From Pelagomonas calceolata (taxonomy: Eukaryota): a stretch of DNA of 64,000 nucleotides. This document shows, one piece after another, positions 62,702 to 64,000 of this stretch. Made by a program: the position numbers and the translations under genes. The DNA lies in NCBI GenBank assembly GCA_918797485.1, contig CAKKNE010000006.1, positions 3,286,001-3,350,000 of the forward strand, in the 5' to 3' direction. The notes beneath the pieces were generated by a model that saw nothing but the letters and a program-made list of their open reading frames with translations, did no database searches and was not told the origin of the DNA. Numbering within the stretch: the stretch's first letter is position 1; each line of letters opens with the position of its first letter.

Positions 62702-64000
62702 CTACGCGGGCGCGACCGCGCCGGTGCGGCTCGGCGCCCGCAGGCACCACACCGCGCACGGGTGGCAGAACATCGTCCAGCCCATCAGGCTAATTCCCAC
62801 GAGTAGGCCCATCGGCGAGTAATAGAACCTGTGTGGAAATCAAATTTTTACGGCGCGTTCGTGGCCGTCGAGTCATCGACGCGACGCCGGCTCGATGGCG
62901 TGGCGATGCCGGTTCCTCGCCGCTCGACCGAGCCAGGACGGCCGCGTCATCGCCGGGAAATGACTTAGTGAAGAATTGTCGGGTGCACCCGACGCACTGG
63001 TTGATTTCCACACAGAGTAGAACATCGTGGGGGCCTTGAACCAGTAGTCGTGCCTGCCGCATCTCCGCAAGTGCCCCTTCGATTCGTGATGCTCCCACCA
63101 AACGCACGTGTCAAAGCGTTGTGGTACAAGAGCGGAGACCATCCAGAGGCCGGTAAAGAAGAAAAACCAAGCGAAACTGTGGAAGCACAGATTATCCCAC
63201 GCGAACCGCGTGCAGCCGCAACTCGTCGCCTCGGAGAAGACCACCTTATCGAGTTCCTTCTGCGCGTCGTCGTCGGCCTCGGCCTGGAGCATCTCGGCGA
63301 TCTCCCGGCCGAGCCGCGACTGCGCCAGACCCTCCTCGCCGCCGGCAATCCTCAAAAACACCTTCTCCATCGTCGCGCGCGCGAGCGAAAAGTCGATCAC
63401 GCCGAGCCGCGCGCAAGCGTCGTCGTCGAACGCGCGGAACGCGAGCGCCGGCGTCCGCCGCGGGTCGACGCCCGCGAGCTCGAGCGTCGCAATGTCCGCG
63501 TCCGCGGCGGCGACGTCGACGTCCGGCGACGAAAAGGCCTCGCGCGCGAACGCCACGAGGTCCGCAACGTGCGCGTCGTCCCGCGTCTCCAGGCGGCACG
63601 AGATCTCGTAGCCCGCCGCGTAGCGCTCCTTGAGCTCCTGCGGCGTCCCGATGCAGCGCATGGTGCCCTTGACCATGATGCCGAGGCGGTCGCAGAGGAG
63701 ATCAGCCTCGCCCATCGAGTGTGTCGTCAGGACGACGGCGCGGCCCTTCATAGTGACCTTGATGAGGTCCCAGAGATTCCTTTGCGCTCCTGGATCCAGG
63801 CCCGACGACGGCTCGTCCAGCAACACCACCGAGGGGCCGCCGACCAGCGCCACCGCGACCGCCAGCTTGCGCTTCATGCCCCCCGACAGGCGGCCGGCCG
63901 CTTTGTCGGCGTGGTCGGACAGGCCGACGACGGCGAGCGCTTGCTCCGCGGCGTGGCGCGCGTCTCCTTCGATGTCGACGCCCCGGAGCCGCGCGAAGAG
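62702..64000 (-). CDS. ABCA-family transporter, 3' part; complement(join(62702..62828,63024..>64000))
   Basis: 'LSGGMKRKLAVAVAL', 'LLDEPSSGLDP', 'LTTHSMGEAD.LCDRLGIM', 'TMEKVFL'; runs off the window end. Confidence 0.88.
62829..63015 (-). mobile_element. Introner element copy 8 (GT-AG intron 63023->62829, 195 nt, phase 2)
   Basis: TSD aatagaac (62821-62828) / agtagaac (63016-63023); both TIRs intact; element lies on the minus strand. Confidence 0.95.

Noticed and set aside
62238..63107. Recurrent short ORFs with peptides such as VEINQCVGC, WKSTSASG, KILISTQ
   Set aside because: Translations of the non-coding introner sequence, not a protein family or transposase
1..64000. Prokaryotic-type systems (CRISPR, operons), tRNA/rRNA genes, autonomous transposase
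   Set aside because: None recognisable by eye; the genes are eukaryotic with spliceosomal introns, though small RNAs could be missed without covariance searches

Overview
Gene-dense, GC-rich eukaryotic DNA with about 33 protein-coding genes. The organism is inferred to be a stramenopile microalga, probably a pelagophyte such as Pelagomonas or Aureococcus; the basis is signal-plus-transit-like N-termini, very short intergenic gaps and introner-type introns. The most striking system is a family of non-autonomous, MITE-like DNA transposons that create spliceosomal introns (introner elements). There are 8 clear copies, all inside coding sequence. Each has ~14-bp terminal inverted repeats (CTGTGTGGAAATCA...TGATTTCCACACAG), and 7 of 8 retain a recognisable 8-bp target-site duplication. 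The GT/GC donor comes from the duplicated target and the AG acceptor from whichever TIR faces downstream, so predicted splicing restores the reading frame in either orientation. Decayed relatives and a second repeated-intron family are also visible. Other observations are a conserved ~24-bp CTAG-bounded intergenic motif found mostly at tail-to-head gene junctions, a SINE-like repeat with a (GCCTGA)n tail, a cluster of secreted glycan-modifying enzymes around a large mucin, and unusual domain fusions (NAT9-PAC4-SET; RP2-CEP19-like; Tudor-SUMO-like-KH-FCP1; ankyrin with an F-box-like tail). All protein calls come from motif recognition by eye and all splice models were checked only by reading frame; no database search or transcript data were available.
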